From positions 32,001-96,000 of the IMG/VR virus record IMGVR_UViG_3300020170_000001: a stretch of DNA of 64,000 bases; one strand, given 5' to 3'. The notes under the pieces are model-generated. The model worked only from the letters and a program-made list of their open reading frames with translations. It did no database searches and was not told where the DNA came from. The translations under genes were made by a program, and so were the position numbers. Below, piece by piece: positions 37,098-45,655 of the stretch; position 1 is the first letter of the stretch, and each line of letters opens with the position of its first letter. This DNA is from a virus.

Positions 37098-37928
37098 TCA
37101 GGACAAGTAGGCGGTTCCGGCGATGCTGATATCGAAGGACAACCGCAACGACTGCCCCGGGGTTAGGTATTGAACTCCGCCACCGTCGATGGTGTAACCG
37201 TCGTCGGAGATGACTGTCAGTCCGGCGGGATCAAAACCCAACCCGTGGGTGATTTGCCAGACCGTTGCCGGAGTGCTCTGATCATGGCGATACCCGGCGG
37301 CAGCATTCGCACCCGGCGGGCCGGTGGCTCCCTGCTGGACGAGCAGCCCCCACGTCGCAGTGGTGGTATTGACGACGGGAGCGGTGTTGGTGCTCGCCAA
37401 GATCGCGACATAAGCGCCGCCGCTGAAGAAGACGACGTCGTTGATGGCGTAGGTGACGCCGCTGTTCCAGGTGCTGCGGTAGGTGAAGTTCTTCGCACCG
37501 GGGTCGAAGATCACCGTCGACTCGACGCGCCAGTTGGTGCCGTCGAAGACGAGGACGGCTCCGGACTGGGCTTGCAGCAGAGTCAGGGTGGCGTCGCCGT
37601 CGACGGTTGCGCCGCTGGAGCCGACGACGGTGACCAGGTTGAGGCTGGCGTCGACCTTCTTGATCGCCACGGAGGTGTTCGTGGCCGGCGTGGCCGGCAG
37701 CGTGATGGTCAGCGCGGCGCTGCTGGCGTCGGCAAGGATGAAGTCGCCAACGGCCGCGGTCGCGGCGACGTTGACGGAGCGCACAGCGAGGGTCTGACCG
37801 CCGCCGCCTTCCAGCACGGCGACTCGGGCGGAGAGTGCGGCGTCGGCGGAGTCTACATAGCCCTTCCGGACTGCCTGCGAGGCGGTCGTCGCCGCCGGGA
37901 TATCCAGGGCCGTCCCGAGGAACTTCAT
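37098..37928 (-). CDS. Fibre/decoration-like protein, upstream partner 3
   Basis: C-terminal HDQSTPATVWQITHGL...AGTAYL domain; WNSGVTYAINDVV module. Confidence 0.65.
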   Translation of the reverse strand: MKFLGTALDIPAATTASQAVRKGYVDSADAALSARVAVLEGGGGQTLAVRSVNVAATAAVGDFILADASSAALTITLPATPATNTSVAIKKVDASLNLVTVVGSSGATVDGDATLTLLQAQSGAVLVFDGTNWRVESTVIFDPGAKNFTYRSTWNSGVTYAINDVVFFSGGAYVAILASTNTAPVVNTTTATWGLLVQQGATGPPGANAAAGYRHDQSTPATVWQITHGLGFDPAGLTVISDDGYTIDGGGVQYLTPGQSLRLSFDISIAGTAYLS

Positions 37929-37977
37929 CAGCCAGTCACCGCCCTTTCGCGTTGACCTATCGGTCCGAGCAGGACCG

Positions 37978-38178
37978 TCAAGGGGTCGCCGGGAACCGGG
38001 TGAACCGCGACACCGCCGGCCAGCTCGTCGAGCCGGTCGACATCACTCGCGCCGCGACCTCCTTAGTGGGGCCCGCCTTGATCATCGCCGCGCTCAGCGG
38101 CATCGTCTGTGCAAGGAAACGCACCAGGTACGGGAACGTCGGCTGGGCCCACAGCCCTGTCGAGGTCAGCGCCGCCAT
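37978..38178 (-). CDS. Small hypothetical protein
   Basis: ATG at 38178 with AGGAG SD. Confidence 0.45.
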   Translation of the reverse strand: MAALTSTGLWAQPTFPYLVRFLAQTMPLSAAMIKAGPTKEVAARVMSTGSTSWPAVSRFTRFPATP

Positions 38179-38182
38179 CGCG

Positions 38183-40240
38183 TCACACTCCTGAGTCGAC
38201 GAAGAAGCCGTAGGTGGAGGCCGGGCCGGCGAACCGTACGTAGGTTTTGCCTCCGGCGGTGACCGTGTCGCCGGCCACCGAGGCCACCAGGCTGCACACC
38301 GTCCCGTACAACAGCCCCCGGATGGCGTCCGGCCAGTTGATGACCGTGCGGGCGGAGCCAATCGGCACCCGCGACAGGCTGCACGGGTTGCCGTACAACG
38401 GCGCGGTGGTCGAGGTCGGCGTGTACGCCCCCGGGCTAATGGCGTTGGTGCCGCCCAAGTTGTTGTAGCAGTAACCGTTATGGATGCGGGCCTCGAAGTT
38501 CAAGAGCACCGACAACGTCTGCAGCGGCTCCCGGGTGAACCCGCCGACCTGCAGCAGGCTGTTGCTACCGATGGCCCAGGCATTGGTCTGGGCGGTCGGG
38601 AACTGCGCGGCCACCAGCGGCTGGCCCGTCGTGCCCGCCGGGAGCAAGTCCTCGTACAGGCCTGCGTAGAACCCCATCTCGGAAGCCGCCTTCACCCCGA
38701 GGATCACCCGGTCCGGGGTCGCGCTGAACCAGTAGGTGAACGGCGACCCGGCCGCGAGCGTAACTGAGGCTGGGCCCGCATGAGCCTGATCCGCGAGGGT
38801 AGCGACGTCCGGGTTGAGGTAGGTGCCGGTGACCGGAATCCCGCCCAGACCGCGCCCGCCGAAGTTGCTGGCCTTGTGTGTGCTCGTGTCGTAGGCTTCG
38901 GCGACCTGATAGAAGATCGTGTTGGCTGCTTCCGAGGCGCGGCGCAGGATCAGGTACCAGTCCGTGCCAGACGTATTCGACGCGCCGGGACTCTTGTAGA
39001 CATCCGCGCAGGGGCTGGCCGACGTGCCGGGCATGTTCCGCGAGGTCCAGGTGATTCCATCCGACGAGGTCGCGGTGACGGTGGAGGTGCTGGTCGCGAC
39101 GAGCTGGCCGCCCGCGTAGACCGGCTGATTCCAGCTGATGCTCACCGGCAGGGTCCGGGCGGTCCAGGTGATCCCGTCCGGCGAGGACAGAGCGACCGTG
39201 CCCGTGGTGTTGCACACCACCCAGACGCTGCCGGTGTAGACCGGCGGGTACCAGTTGCCGCTGACGGGCAGGGTTCGCTGGGTCCAGGTGATCCCGTCAG
39301 TAGAAGTCACCGCGACCGTGCCCGAAGCGGTGACCACCACCCAGATGCCGCCGGCATAGACCGGCGGTTGCCAGCCTGAGGCGGTGGGCAGGGTCCGCGA
39401 GGTCCAGGTAATGCCGTCCGGCGAGGTGTTAATCGTGGCAGAAGCGGAGTTGTTCATCAGAACCCACAGGTTGCTGCCGTTATGGACCGGCAAGTACCAG
39501 GCCATGCCAGACGTGGCCAGGGTCCGCTGTGTCCAGGTCACCCCGTCGGGCGAGGTCGCGGCGACGGTGGAGGCTGCGGTGTTGATCGCGATATACACGC
39601 TGCCGTTGTAGGCCAACTGCAGCCAGCTGGTACTGACTGGCAGGGTCCGCGCGGTCCAGGTGATCCCGTCGGACGAGGTCAGCACGTTGGTGCCCGCGTT
39701 GTTGATCGACAGGAACTGCCCGCCCGCGTAAATCGGCTGAATCCAGGTTGTGCTGACCGGCAGGGTCCGCTGGGTCCAGGTCACCCCGTCCGGCGAGCTC
39801 AAGGCGACGTTGCCCACGGTGTTGAATACGACCCAGATGCCGCCGCCGTACACCGGCAGCCGCCAGGTGCCCGTGGTGGGTAGAGTCCGCTGGGTCCAGG
39901 TGATCCCGTCAGTCGAGGTCGCGGCGACTGTTCCTGAGGTGTTGAGCACCAGCCAGGTGCCGCCGCCATAGACCGCCTGCATCCAGAAGGATGCGGGGGT
40001 GGGAAGGCTCCGCTGGGTCCAGGTGAACCCGTCGGGCGAGGTCGCCACCGAGGTCGATGAGTTGATGGTCGAGACCACATACAGGTTGTTGGCGTACGTG
40101 GGCATCTGCCAGTTCGGGCCGGCGGGGCTGCTGAAGGTCTCCACGAAGGTGAGCCCGGCCGGGACCAGGGCCGTGTTCAGCGCCGCCATCAGATCCTTGG
40201 CAGGCAGGGCGCTGTTGATCGACGCCGTCGAATAACTCAT
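38183..40240 (-). CDS. Asp-box/BNR-repeat beta-propeller virion protein
   Basis: Nine SxDGxTWTxRxLP repeats of about 39 aa; ATG at 40240. Confidence 0.8.
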   Translation of the reverse strand: MSYSTASINSALPAKDLMAALNTALVPAGLTFVETFSSPAGPNWQMPTYANNLYVVSTINSSTSVATSPDGFTWTQRSLPTPASFWMQAVYGGGTWLVLNTSGTVAATSTDGITWTQRTLPTTGTWRLPVYGGGIWVVFNTVGNVALSSPDGVTWTQRTLPVSTTWIQPIYAGGQFLSINNAGTNVLTSSDGITWTARTLPVSTSWLQLAYNGSVYIAINTAASTVAATSPDGVTWTQRTLATSGMAWYLPVHNGSNLWVLMNNSASATINTSPDGITWTSRTLPTASGWQPPVYAGGIWVVVTASGTVAVTSTDGITWTQRTLPVSGNWYPPVYTGSVWVVCNTTGTVALSSPDGITWTARTLPVSISWNQPVYAGGQLVATSTSTVTATSSDGITWTSRNMPGTSASPCADVYKSPGASNTSGTDWYLILRRASEAANTIFYQVAEAYDTSTHKASNFGGRGLGGIPVTGTYLNPDVATLADQAHAGPASVTLAAGSPFTYWFSATPDRVILGVKAASEMGFYAGLYEDLLPAGTTGQPLVAAQFPTAQTNAWAIGSNSLLQVGGFTREPLQTLSVLLNFEARIHNGYCYNNLGGTNAISPGAYTPTSTTAPLYGNPCSLSRVPIGSARTVINWPDAIRGLLYGTVCSLVASVAGDTVTAGGKTYVRFAGPASTYGFFVDSGV
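39030..40090 (-). repeat. Nine coding tandem repeats of about 117 bp (Asp-box)
   Basis: Recurrent ggtccaggtgatcccgtc-like words on the + strand. Confidence 0.85.
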
Positions 40241-40698
40241 CCGAACTTCTCCACTCGCAGATTCGACAGCGTGAATACCCGGACGCTTGGTCCGGTGTTG
40301 CGGATCCCGACGAACAGGTCCTGCCCGGCGGCGTCGTTTTCGAGATACCAGGGCACGGGGTTGGAGTAGCTGGCGGTGGTGATCCCGATCGCCTGCAGCC
40401 ACAAGGTGCCCGAGGTGTTGCCGGCTCCGCGGACTTCCAGGTCGAAGGAGCCGGCCGCGTCTACCGTGACCGTGATGAGGCTGACCAGGCCTCGCGCGGC
40501 GATGGACGGCACGGTGTAGTAGGTGAAGGCCGTCTGGCTGCCGGACTGGGTGCCCAGCGTCACGGCTGTCGCGGTGACCTTGCTCGGCCCGACGCCAACA
40601 GCCCACTGGTAGTCGAAGTCGACGGTGGACTTCTTCTGCAGAAACCACCCGGTCGTGCCGCCAGGCGGCACGCGAGAACCCGATCCCACTGACGGCAT
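40237..40698 (-). CDS. Structural protein sharing the GGTTG..L.K.S..D.D..W motif
   Basis: PPGGTTGWFLQKKSTVDFDYQW at the N-terminus. Confidence 0.65.
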   Translation of the reverse strand: MPSVGSGSRVPPGGTTGWFLQKKSTVDFDYQWAVGVGPSKVTATAVTLGTQSGSQTAFTYYTVPSIAARGLVSLITVTVDAAGSFDLEVRGAGNTSGTLWLQAIGITTASYSNPVPWYLENDAAGQDLFVGIRNTGPSVRVFTLSNLRVEKFG

Positions 40699-40717
40699 GT
40701 GCGTCTCCTTGCCGAGA

Positions 40718-42262
40718 TCAGCCGACGATGACGCAGCGGTATTGGCCGGAGGTCGGCGCGGCCCCGAAGACCAGGGCGACGTTGTTGGCGTCGGTGCGCT
40801 GGACTTCGGCGTAGACGGTGTCGTAGGGGGCGGCGGCGGAGTACACCTCGACGTGCACGTCGCGGGTGTTCAGGTTGTGGTTGATCGTGATGGTGGTGGC
40901 GACGCCGTCGCCGAGCGACGCGGCGAACCGGCGGGCGACGACCGCGGTGTCGATGGCGATGTTGGCACCGACCACGATGCCCAGACCGGCAACGGCCTTG
41001 ACACCGGGCACGCCGACCGCGAGGCCGCCGGACGGGTCGAGAACCGTGCTGACCCCGGCTGCGGCGACCGCGATGCCGGAGTTCGGCTTGGGCACGACGG
41101 CCAGGCCGGTTGCGCTGGTCGCGAGACCGCCGGCCGGGTCGGTGGTGATGCCGACGCCGGTGACGTCGACGTCGAGGCCGTCGTTGGGCCGCAGCACCAC
41201 GCTGACGCCGGTGGCGTCGACGCCGATGCCGGTGTTCGGCTTGGGCACCACACCGACCCCGGCGGCGTCGACCGATAGGCCGCCGGTCGGGCGGGGCACC
41301 ACGTACAGGCCGGTCGCGTCGGTGATCAGGCCGCTGATCGCGGGCAGTTTCGCCGCGATGCCGCTTACGCCGACCTGCAGACCTCCGGTGCCGGTGGCGA
41401 CCGCCACAACGCCGGTCGCGCCGACGGTGACACCGTTGCCGGGCAGGACCTGCAAGCCGGTGGCATCAACGGTGAGGCCCTTGTTCGGGGCCAGCACCGT
41501 CTGCACGCCGGTGGCGTCGACGGCGAGGCCGGCGCTCGGCTTGATGGTGACGCCGGCACCGTTGGCGTCGGTGTCGAGGCCGTAGTTGGGGCGCGGGACG
41601 AACTTGAGGCCGTTGGTGTCCTCGAAGAGTCCGGCGTTCGCGACGAGCTTGACCGCGACGCCGTTGGTCCCGACGTTCAGGCCTCCGGTGGGATCGGCGA
41701 TCACGCCGATGCCGGAGCCGGTCACGGCGACGCCGCTGTTCGGGGCCGGGACCGCGGTGACGACGTGGTTGGTGATGTCGACGCCGTTGCCGGCGGTGTA
41801 GATCGGCGAGGTGCCAGCGTTTAGCAGCGCCCACTGAATCGCCGTGGTGCCGATGCTGATCGGCCCATCGGTGATCAGCACGTAGGTGTGGTTGCCGCTG
41901 GCGGTGCCCTCGGAGACGGTGACGGCCGTGCCGGGCCGCAGCTCGGCGTTGGTGTCGGCGTCAGCGGAGCGGGTCAGCGCGGTGCCGGTGAAGTCGTAGA
42001 TGCCGTTCTCGATGGGGTTGGTCTGCCCCATGAGCAGGACGCGGTCGTTGGCGGCGAGGGTGACCCCGTCGATGGCCACGCCGGGCGCGCCGACGGTGAC
42101 GTTGGCGGACGCTGCGACCCGGACGGCGTCCTTCCAGATCAGACCAGTCGCGATGTTGTCGACATACTGCTTGGTAACCGCGTCGGTGCTGACGGCCGGA
42201 GCGCCCAGGTTGGTGATGCGGTTGAGCTTGAGGTCGAGAAGCTGGGTATAGGTAATTGCCAT
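40718..42262 (-). CDS. Fibre protein, large partner 2, with a 17-aa repeat shaft
   Basis: NLGAP..STDAVTKQYVD, WKDAVRV...IDGVT...NGIY domain, about 16 repeats, C-terminal INHNLNT domain. Confidence 0.75.
   Translation of the reverse strand: MAITYTQLLDLKLNRITNLGAPAVSTDAVTKQYVDNIATGLIWKDAVRVAASANVTVGAPGVAIDGVTLAANDRVLLMGQTNPIENGIYDFTGTALTRSADADTNAELRPGTAVTVSEGTASGNHTYVLITDGPISIGTTAIQWALLNAGTSPIYTAGNGVDITNHVVTAVPAPNSGVAVTGSGIGVIADPTGGLNVGTNGVAVKLVANAGLFEDTNGLKFVPRPNYGLDTDANGAGVTIKPSAGLAVDATGVQTVLAPNKGLTVDATGLQVLPGNGVTVGATGVVAVATGTGGLQVGVSGIAAKLPAISGLITDATGLYVVPRPTGGLSVDAAGVGVVPKPNTGIGVDATGVSVVLRPNDGLDVDVTGVGITTDPAGGLATSATGLAVVPKPNSGIAVAAAGVSTVLDPSGGLAVGVPGVKAVAGLGIVVGANIAIDTAVVARRFAASLGDGVATTITINHNLNTRDVHVEVYSAAAPYDTVYAEVQRTDANNVALVFGAAPTSGQYRCVIVG
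40950..41780 (-). repeat. About 16 coding repeats of about 51 bp (beta-spiral-like shaft)
   Basis: Repeats such as GVVPKPNTGIGVDATGV, SVVLRPNDGLDVDVTGV, QTVLAPNKGLTVDATGL. Confidence 0.8.
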
Positions 42263-42274
42263 TTCGGGCGTCTC

Positions 42275-42742
42275 CTAGGGCCGCAGGTATGCCGTGCCGG
42301 TATATGGCGCGCTATGCACAACCACAGTCGTCTGGTCACTCGGGTGATGGATTTCTGCGATCATTTCCTGACCGCCGCTGTCCAAAAGGATCACGTTCGG
42401 GATCAGGCTCATGTGGTGGTCGATGACCCACTGCGCAGCCGGAACCGTCTGATGGTGGGTGAAGGAGATGCCCCCGCCGACAGCAACGCTCTGAATCTCG
42501 TCTTCGAGTTGCCGGGCGGTGTTTTCCCACTCGTATTGGAATCCGCGTCCGCCGCCTGCGGTCGGATCGGTGACATCGAGATCGGTCGTGCGGATCAGCG
42601 CGGCCCCGCGGATCTCCTTCTCCTCCGCTGCTGTCGAGAGCAGTGGGAAGGGAGCGCGCTGGGTCTTACGCAGCAATGGCCGGCGGGCACGATTCGACTG
42701 CCGCTCGTCGGACGGCTGGGAGGTGCTGTCGGCCCCTGACAC
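42275..42742 (-). CDS. Fibre/decoration-like protein, upstream partner 2
   Basis: C-terminal HHQTVPAAQWVIDH...TGTAYL domain. Confidence 0.65.
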   Translation of the reverse strand: MSGADSTSQPSDERQSNRARRPLLRKTQRAPFPLLSTAAEEKEIRGAALIRTTDLDVTDPTAGGGRGFQYEWENTARQLEDEIQSVAVGGGISFTHHQTVPAAQWVIDHHMSLIPNVILLDSGGQEMIAEIHHPSDQTTVVVHSAPYTGTAYLRP

Positions 42743-42777
42743 GACCTACTACATCGGAAGGAGTCCGTGAGGACGGG

Positions 42778-42996
42778 CTATTCCTTGTTGCCGCTCAGCA
42801 GCGCAATGACCTCACGCAGCGACGCGATCTGTGCGTCGTGCAGCCGTAGTTGGGTTTGCATCTGATCCTGCACCGACCGCAGAACGTCGATCTGATCGAC
42901 CAACGATTTTCTGGTCTGGGTGATGTCCCTTTCGGCGCTCAGGTCTTGCAGGTTGCTCAGCACCTCTGACAGCCTTTCCGCCGGTTCAGCGGCCAC
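42778..42996 (-). CDS. Small coiled-coil protein
   Basis: Heptad-rich 72 aa, overlapping the upstream gene. Confidence 0.65.
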   Translation of the reverse strand: MAAEPAERLSEVLSNLQDLSAERDITQTRKSLVDQIDVLRSVQDQMQTQLRLHDAQIASLREVIALLSGNKE

Positions 42997-43300
42997 GACG
43001 TTTCGCCTCCGCCCGGTGCATCGCTGTGCGCAGCAGGAACCAGAATCCGAGAACGAACCACACTACCGCGATGGCTTGAATGGTGTGATTGAGAACCATC
43101 CACTCCGAGTGTTGGAACCCGAAGGCCATCGACAGGTGAGTGATGGCGCAGGTGACGAAGAAGAACGAGCCGGCGAGCCGGACGGATCGCGAGAGCGGCA
43201 GGTAGCGCAGCACCGTGAATGGGACCACGCAGTAGCCGGCGACGATGACCAGATTGGAGACGACGTTAAGTACCACCCAGTGCGGATCTCCCGGGATCAT
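42986..43300 (-). CDS. Three-TM membrane protein resembling the ETR1-type ethylene-binding domain
   Basis: SNLVIVAGYCVVP (N16, Y23, P27) and FFFVTCAITHL (C51, H55) reproduce the ETR1 D25/Y32/P36 and C65/H69 spacing; ATG at 43300. Confidence 0.7.
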   Translation of the reverse strand: MIPGDPHWVVLNVVSNLVIVAGYCVVPFTVLRYLPLSRSVRLAGSFFFVTCAITHLSMAFGFQHSEWMVLNHTIQAIAVVWFVLGFWFLLRTAMHRAEAKRRGR

Positions 43301-43302
43301 CG

Positions 43303-43821
43303 TCAGCGGCCCTGCAGAGCGGGGCCGCCCGGGTAGAGGCGCTGCATGCATTCCAGGAATTTCTCGCCCTTGGGATCGGTCGACAACGGGTTGGTACGCG
43401 CGCAGTAGAACCCGACCAGGTTGTACTGCTTGACCTGATCCAGGAGTTGGTTCTGCAGGATGGCGTTCCGCTTGCCGCACTCACCGGTCGAATTCACACA
43501 GTCCAACAGCAGGGAGTTGAGCCTGCTGACTTGTTCCTCCTGCTTCTGCGTCGCCGAAATGTTAACCGCGTTAACAATCGCGAGCGTCAGCAGAATGACC
43601 ATCGCGCCGCCCACGAGGTAGGTGAGCCACCGGGTCTGGCGGTTGTTTTTCTCCAGCACGTCGATCTTCCGATCGCGGGCCTCGGTCTCTCGGCGCACGT
43701 GCTCCACTAGCGCCACCATGGTCTTGTTGGATTCGTGGTTCGCCGCAACAAGTTCCTCGACCGCGAGCGCACTGTGCAGGCGGCTGGCCTTCTCGTCGGC
43801 TGTCTCGCCCAGACCGGTCAT
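43303..43821 (-). CDS. Single-pass membrane protein with a coiled coil and a 4-Cys C-terminal domain
   Basis: TM WLTYLVGGAMVILLTLAIVNAV; four Cys downstream. Confidence 0.75.
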   Translation of the reverse strand: MTGLGETADEKASRLHSALAVEELVAANHESNKTMVALVEHVRRETEARDRKIDVLEKNNRQTRWLTYLVGGAMVILLTLAIVNAVNISATQKQEEQVSRLNSLLLDCVNSTGECGKRNAILQNQLLDQVKQYNLVGFYCARTNPLSTDPKGEKFLECMQRLYPGGPALQGR

Positions 43822-43967
43822 CGCTCCACGCCCTTCAACTCATCCCGGAGTCGCCTGATGAGCTCCTCCTGCCGTTGCAGAATCCGGTCGTGTTCCTGAA
43901 CGGCGCGCTGCAACTCCGCGAGAACGTCCTCAGTGTCTGTCTCAACACGACGCTCAGTGGCCGCCAT
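43818..43967 (-). CDS. Small coiled-coil protein (49 aa)
   Basis: ATG at 43967; VLAELQRAVQEHDRILQRQEELIRRLRDEL; overlaps both neighbours. Confidence 0.6.
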   Translation of the reverse strand: MAATERRVETDTEDVLAELQRAVQEHDRILQRQEELIRRLRDELKGVER

Positions 43968-44358
43968 CGCGATCGCCCCCTCCAGGCGGGCCGACTTCCG
44001 CTGCACGTCCACGGCGAGGACCGCTGGGTGGATTGCCCTTATCCTGACGGAGGATGCTGTCACGTATTTTCATTTCGGTAATGAGTTGGATCGCCTCTTC
44101 CAGAACGTCGGCTACCTGCTTGTGCAGCAGGGCCGCTTCGACCTGCTTCGGCAGCAACTCGTTGCGAATGAATTCGTTCAGCTCCTTGGCTTGTTGCGCG
44201 GCCTGGTCGCTTTTCTCGCGTTCCCGAGCGATGGACCCACGGGTATACATGATCATCAGGGCGGCGAAGATGCCCAGGACCCCGTACTGCAGGAGCGCGC
44301 CGACCGGATCTGTGGCGCTCGGGGAACTGGCCAGAACCAGGTCCTCGATGCGCAGCAT
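43954..44358 (-). CDS. Membrane protein with a coiled-coil tail (holin-like)
   Basis: TM ALLQYGVLGIFAALMIMY followed by a charged coiled coil. Confidence 0.7.
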   Translation of the reverse strand: MLRIEDLVLASSPSATDPVGALLQYGVLGIFAALMIMYTRGSIAREREKSDQAAQQAKELNEFIRNELLPKQVEAALLHKQVADVLEEAIQLITEMKIRDSILRQDKGNPPSGPRRGRAAEVGPPGGGDRDGGH

Positions 44359-44387
44359 GACAATCCCTATCGGATCGCAGAATAGGC

Positions 44388-44421
44388 GCAGCCTCCGCCC
44401 ACTCGGGAGGGCGGAGGCTGC
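44388..44421 (-). terminator. Hairpin after the major capsid gene
   Basis: 13-bp inverted repeat GCAGCCTCCGCCC / GGGCGGAGGCTGC. Confidence 0.7.
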
Positions 44422-44436
44422 ACGGCATGGCCCGAT

Positions 44437-45438
44437 TTACGGCACGGTCACGTCAGCGACGAAGATCATCTGCTCGGGCCGGGTGATGACCGGCATGATG
44501 TTCCACTCCAGCAGGTACTGCCGGGCGGACGGGTCCTTGTCGATCCAGCTCTTGGAGAACTTTCCGGTGAAGTTGTCCGGGGCCTCTTCGTCGGCGGTCG
44601 GACCGACGTACATTTCGATCGGCCGCTGGTCGGTGTAGTTGCCCATGTAGAGCGCGTTGTCCGGAACGAACAGGGTGTTGTTGCCGGCGTCGTCGTCGTA
44701 GATCGTTTCGATGGTGTTCCAGTTCATGCCCATGAAGCCCGGCAGCGTCCCGCTGGCGAAGTACTGGTCCTTCATCCGGTCGGACATCAGGATCGAGGCG
44801 TTCGCGCCGTGGGAGGCGAACGAGTCGAAGATGTACGCCATGGTCAGTTCGGTGACGTAGCTGTCCTTGGCCTCGACCCGGCCGTCGCGGCGGATGAGGC
44901 GCTTGAAGGCGCGGATGTCGCCGACGATCTGCTGCGGCGTCGCGGTGTTCCAGCCGACCGTGACGGTGGGCTTGTGCGAGGCCGGGAATTGATAGTCGAC
45001 GTTGGCCTGCACGTCGGGGAAGTCGTAGGTGATGCTGCCCTTCAGGGCCGCCCACAGCAGGAACTCGCCGAAGTTGTCGAACCGCTGGTTGAGGTCGTTG
45101 ACCTCGCGGAGCACCGCCTGCTCGGCGTTGGTCTGGGCGAGCTGGCCGGGCTGGCGCAGCCAGTGCAGGGTGGTCGGCGAGAAGACCTTCTTCTCGCGCA
45201 GGTAGACGAACGCGGCGCTGGCCTGCGAACGGCCGAGCCGGGGCACGATGTGTGCCTCGCTGTTGGGCACGTTCGGCTTCGCGACCATGCGGGAGCCCTT
45301 GATGACATCCCAGGTGACCGAGGGGAACGGCCACGGGGTCTGCGGAACCTGGCTGAGCATCGTCAGGGTTTCCGGAGTGGTGAATTTCTCGACCACGCCC
45401 CGAAGGACCGTGGGTTCGAGAAGCGAAATCTGAGGCAC
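44437..45438 (-). CDS. Major capsid protein (lambda gpE-like family)
   Basis: 333 aa with highly biased codon usage; follows the scaffold and decoration genes; VDYQFP and C-terminal MPVITRP motifs. Confidence 0.85.
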   Translation of the reverse strand: MPQISLLEPTVLRGVVEKFTTPETLTMLSQVPQTPWPFPSVTWDVIKGSRMVAKPNVPNSEAHIVPRLGRSQASAAFVYLREKKVFSPTTLHWLRQPGQLAQTNAEQAVLREVNDLNQRFDNFGEFLLWAALKGSITYDFPDVQANVDYQFPASHKPTVTVGWNTATPQQIVGDIRAFKRLIRRDGRVEAKDSYVTELTMAYIFDSFASHGANASILMSDRMKDQYFASGTLPGFMGMNWNTIETIYDDDAGNNTLFVPDNALYMGNYTDQRPIEMYVGPTADEEAPDNFTGKFSKSWIDKDPSARQYLLEWNIMPVITRPEQMIFVADVTVP

Positions 45439-45599
45439 GGCGCGCTCCGAATCGTGGGCAATCTCTGTTGTTCACCACAGCGACTCCGGAAGGAGCCCGG
45501 CCTGCGCCTCCCCTTGCGGGGAACACTTGGCTGGCCTAGTGCTTATCTCCATCGGAAGGAGTTGTTACCTACCCGCTCTTTCGCTATTTGCGCGGAATA

Positions 45600-45641
45600 G
45601 CCGAAAGCCCCCAACCGGGTGACCGGGCAGGGGCTTTCGGC
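45600..45641 (-). terminator. Hairpin after the decoration gene
   Basis: GCCGAAAGCCCC / GGGGCTTTCGGC followed by TATT on the minus strand. Confidence 0.65.
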
Positions 45642-45655
45642 GCTGGCGGCGGCGA

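Noticed and set aside
39030-41780. Regularly spaced DNA repeats as a possible CRISPR array
   Set aside because: The repeats are degenerate at third codon positions, in frame within long ORFs, have no unique-spacer architecture, and no cas genes are present
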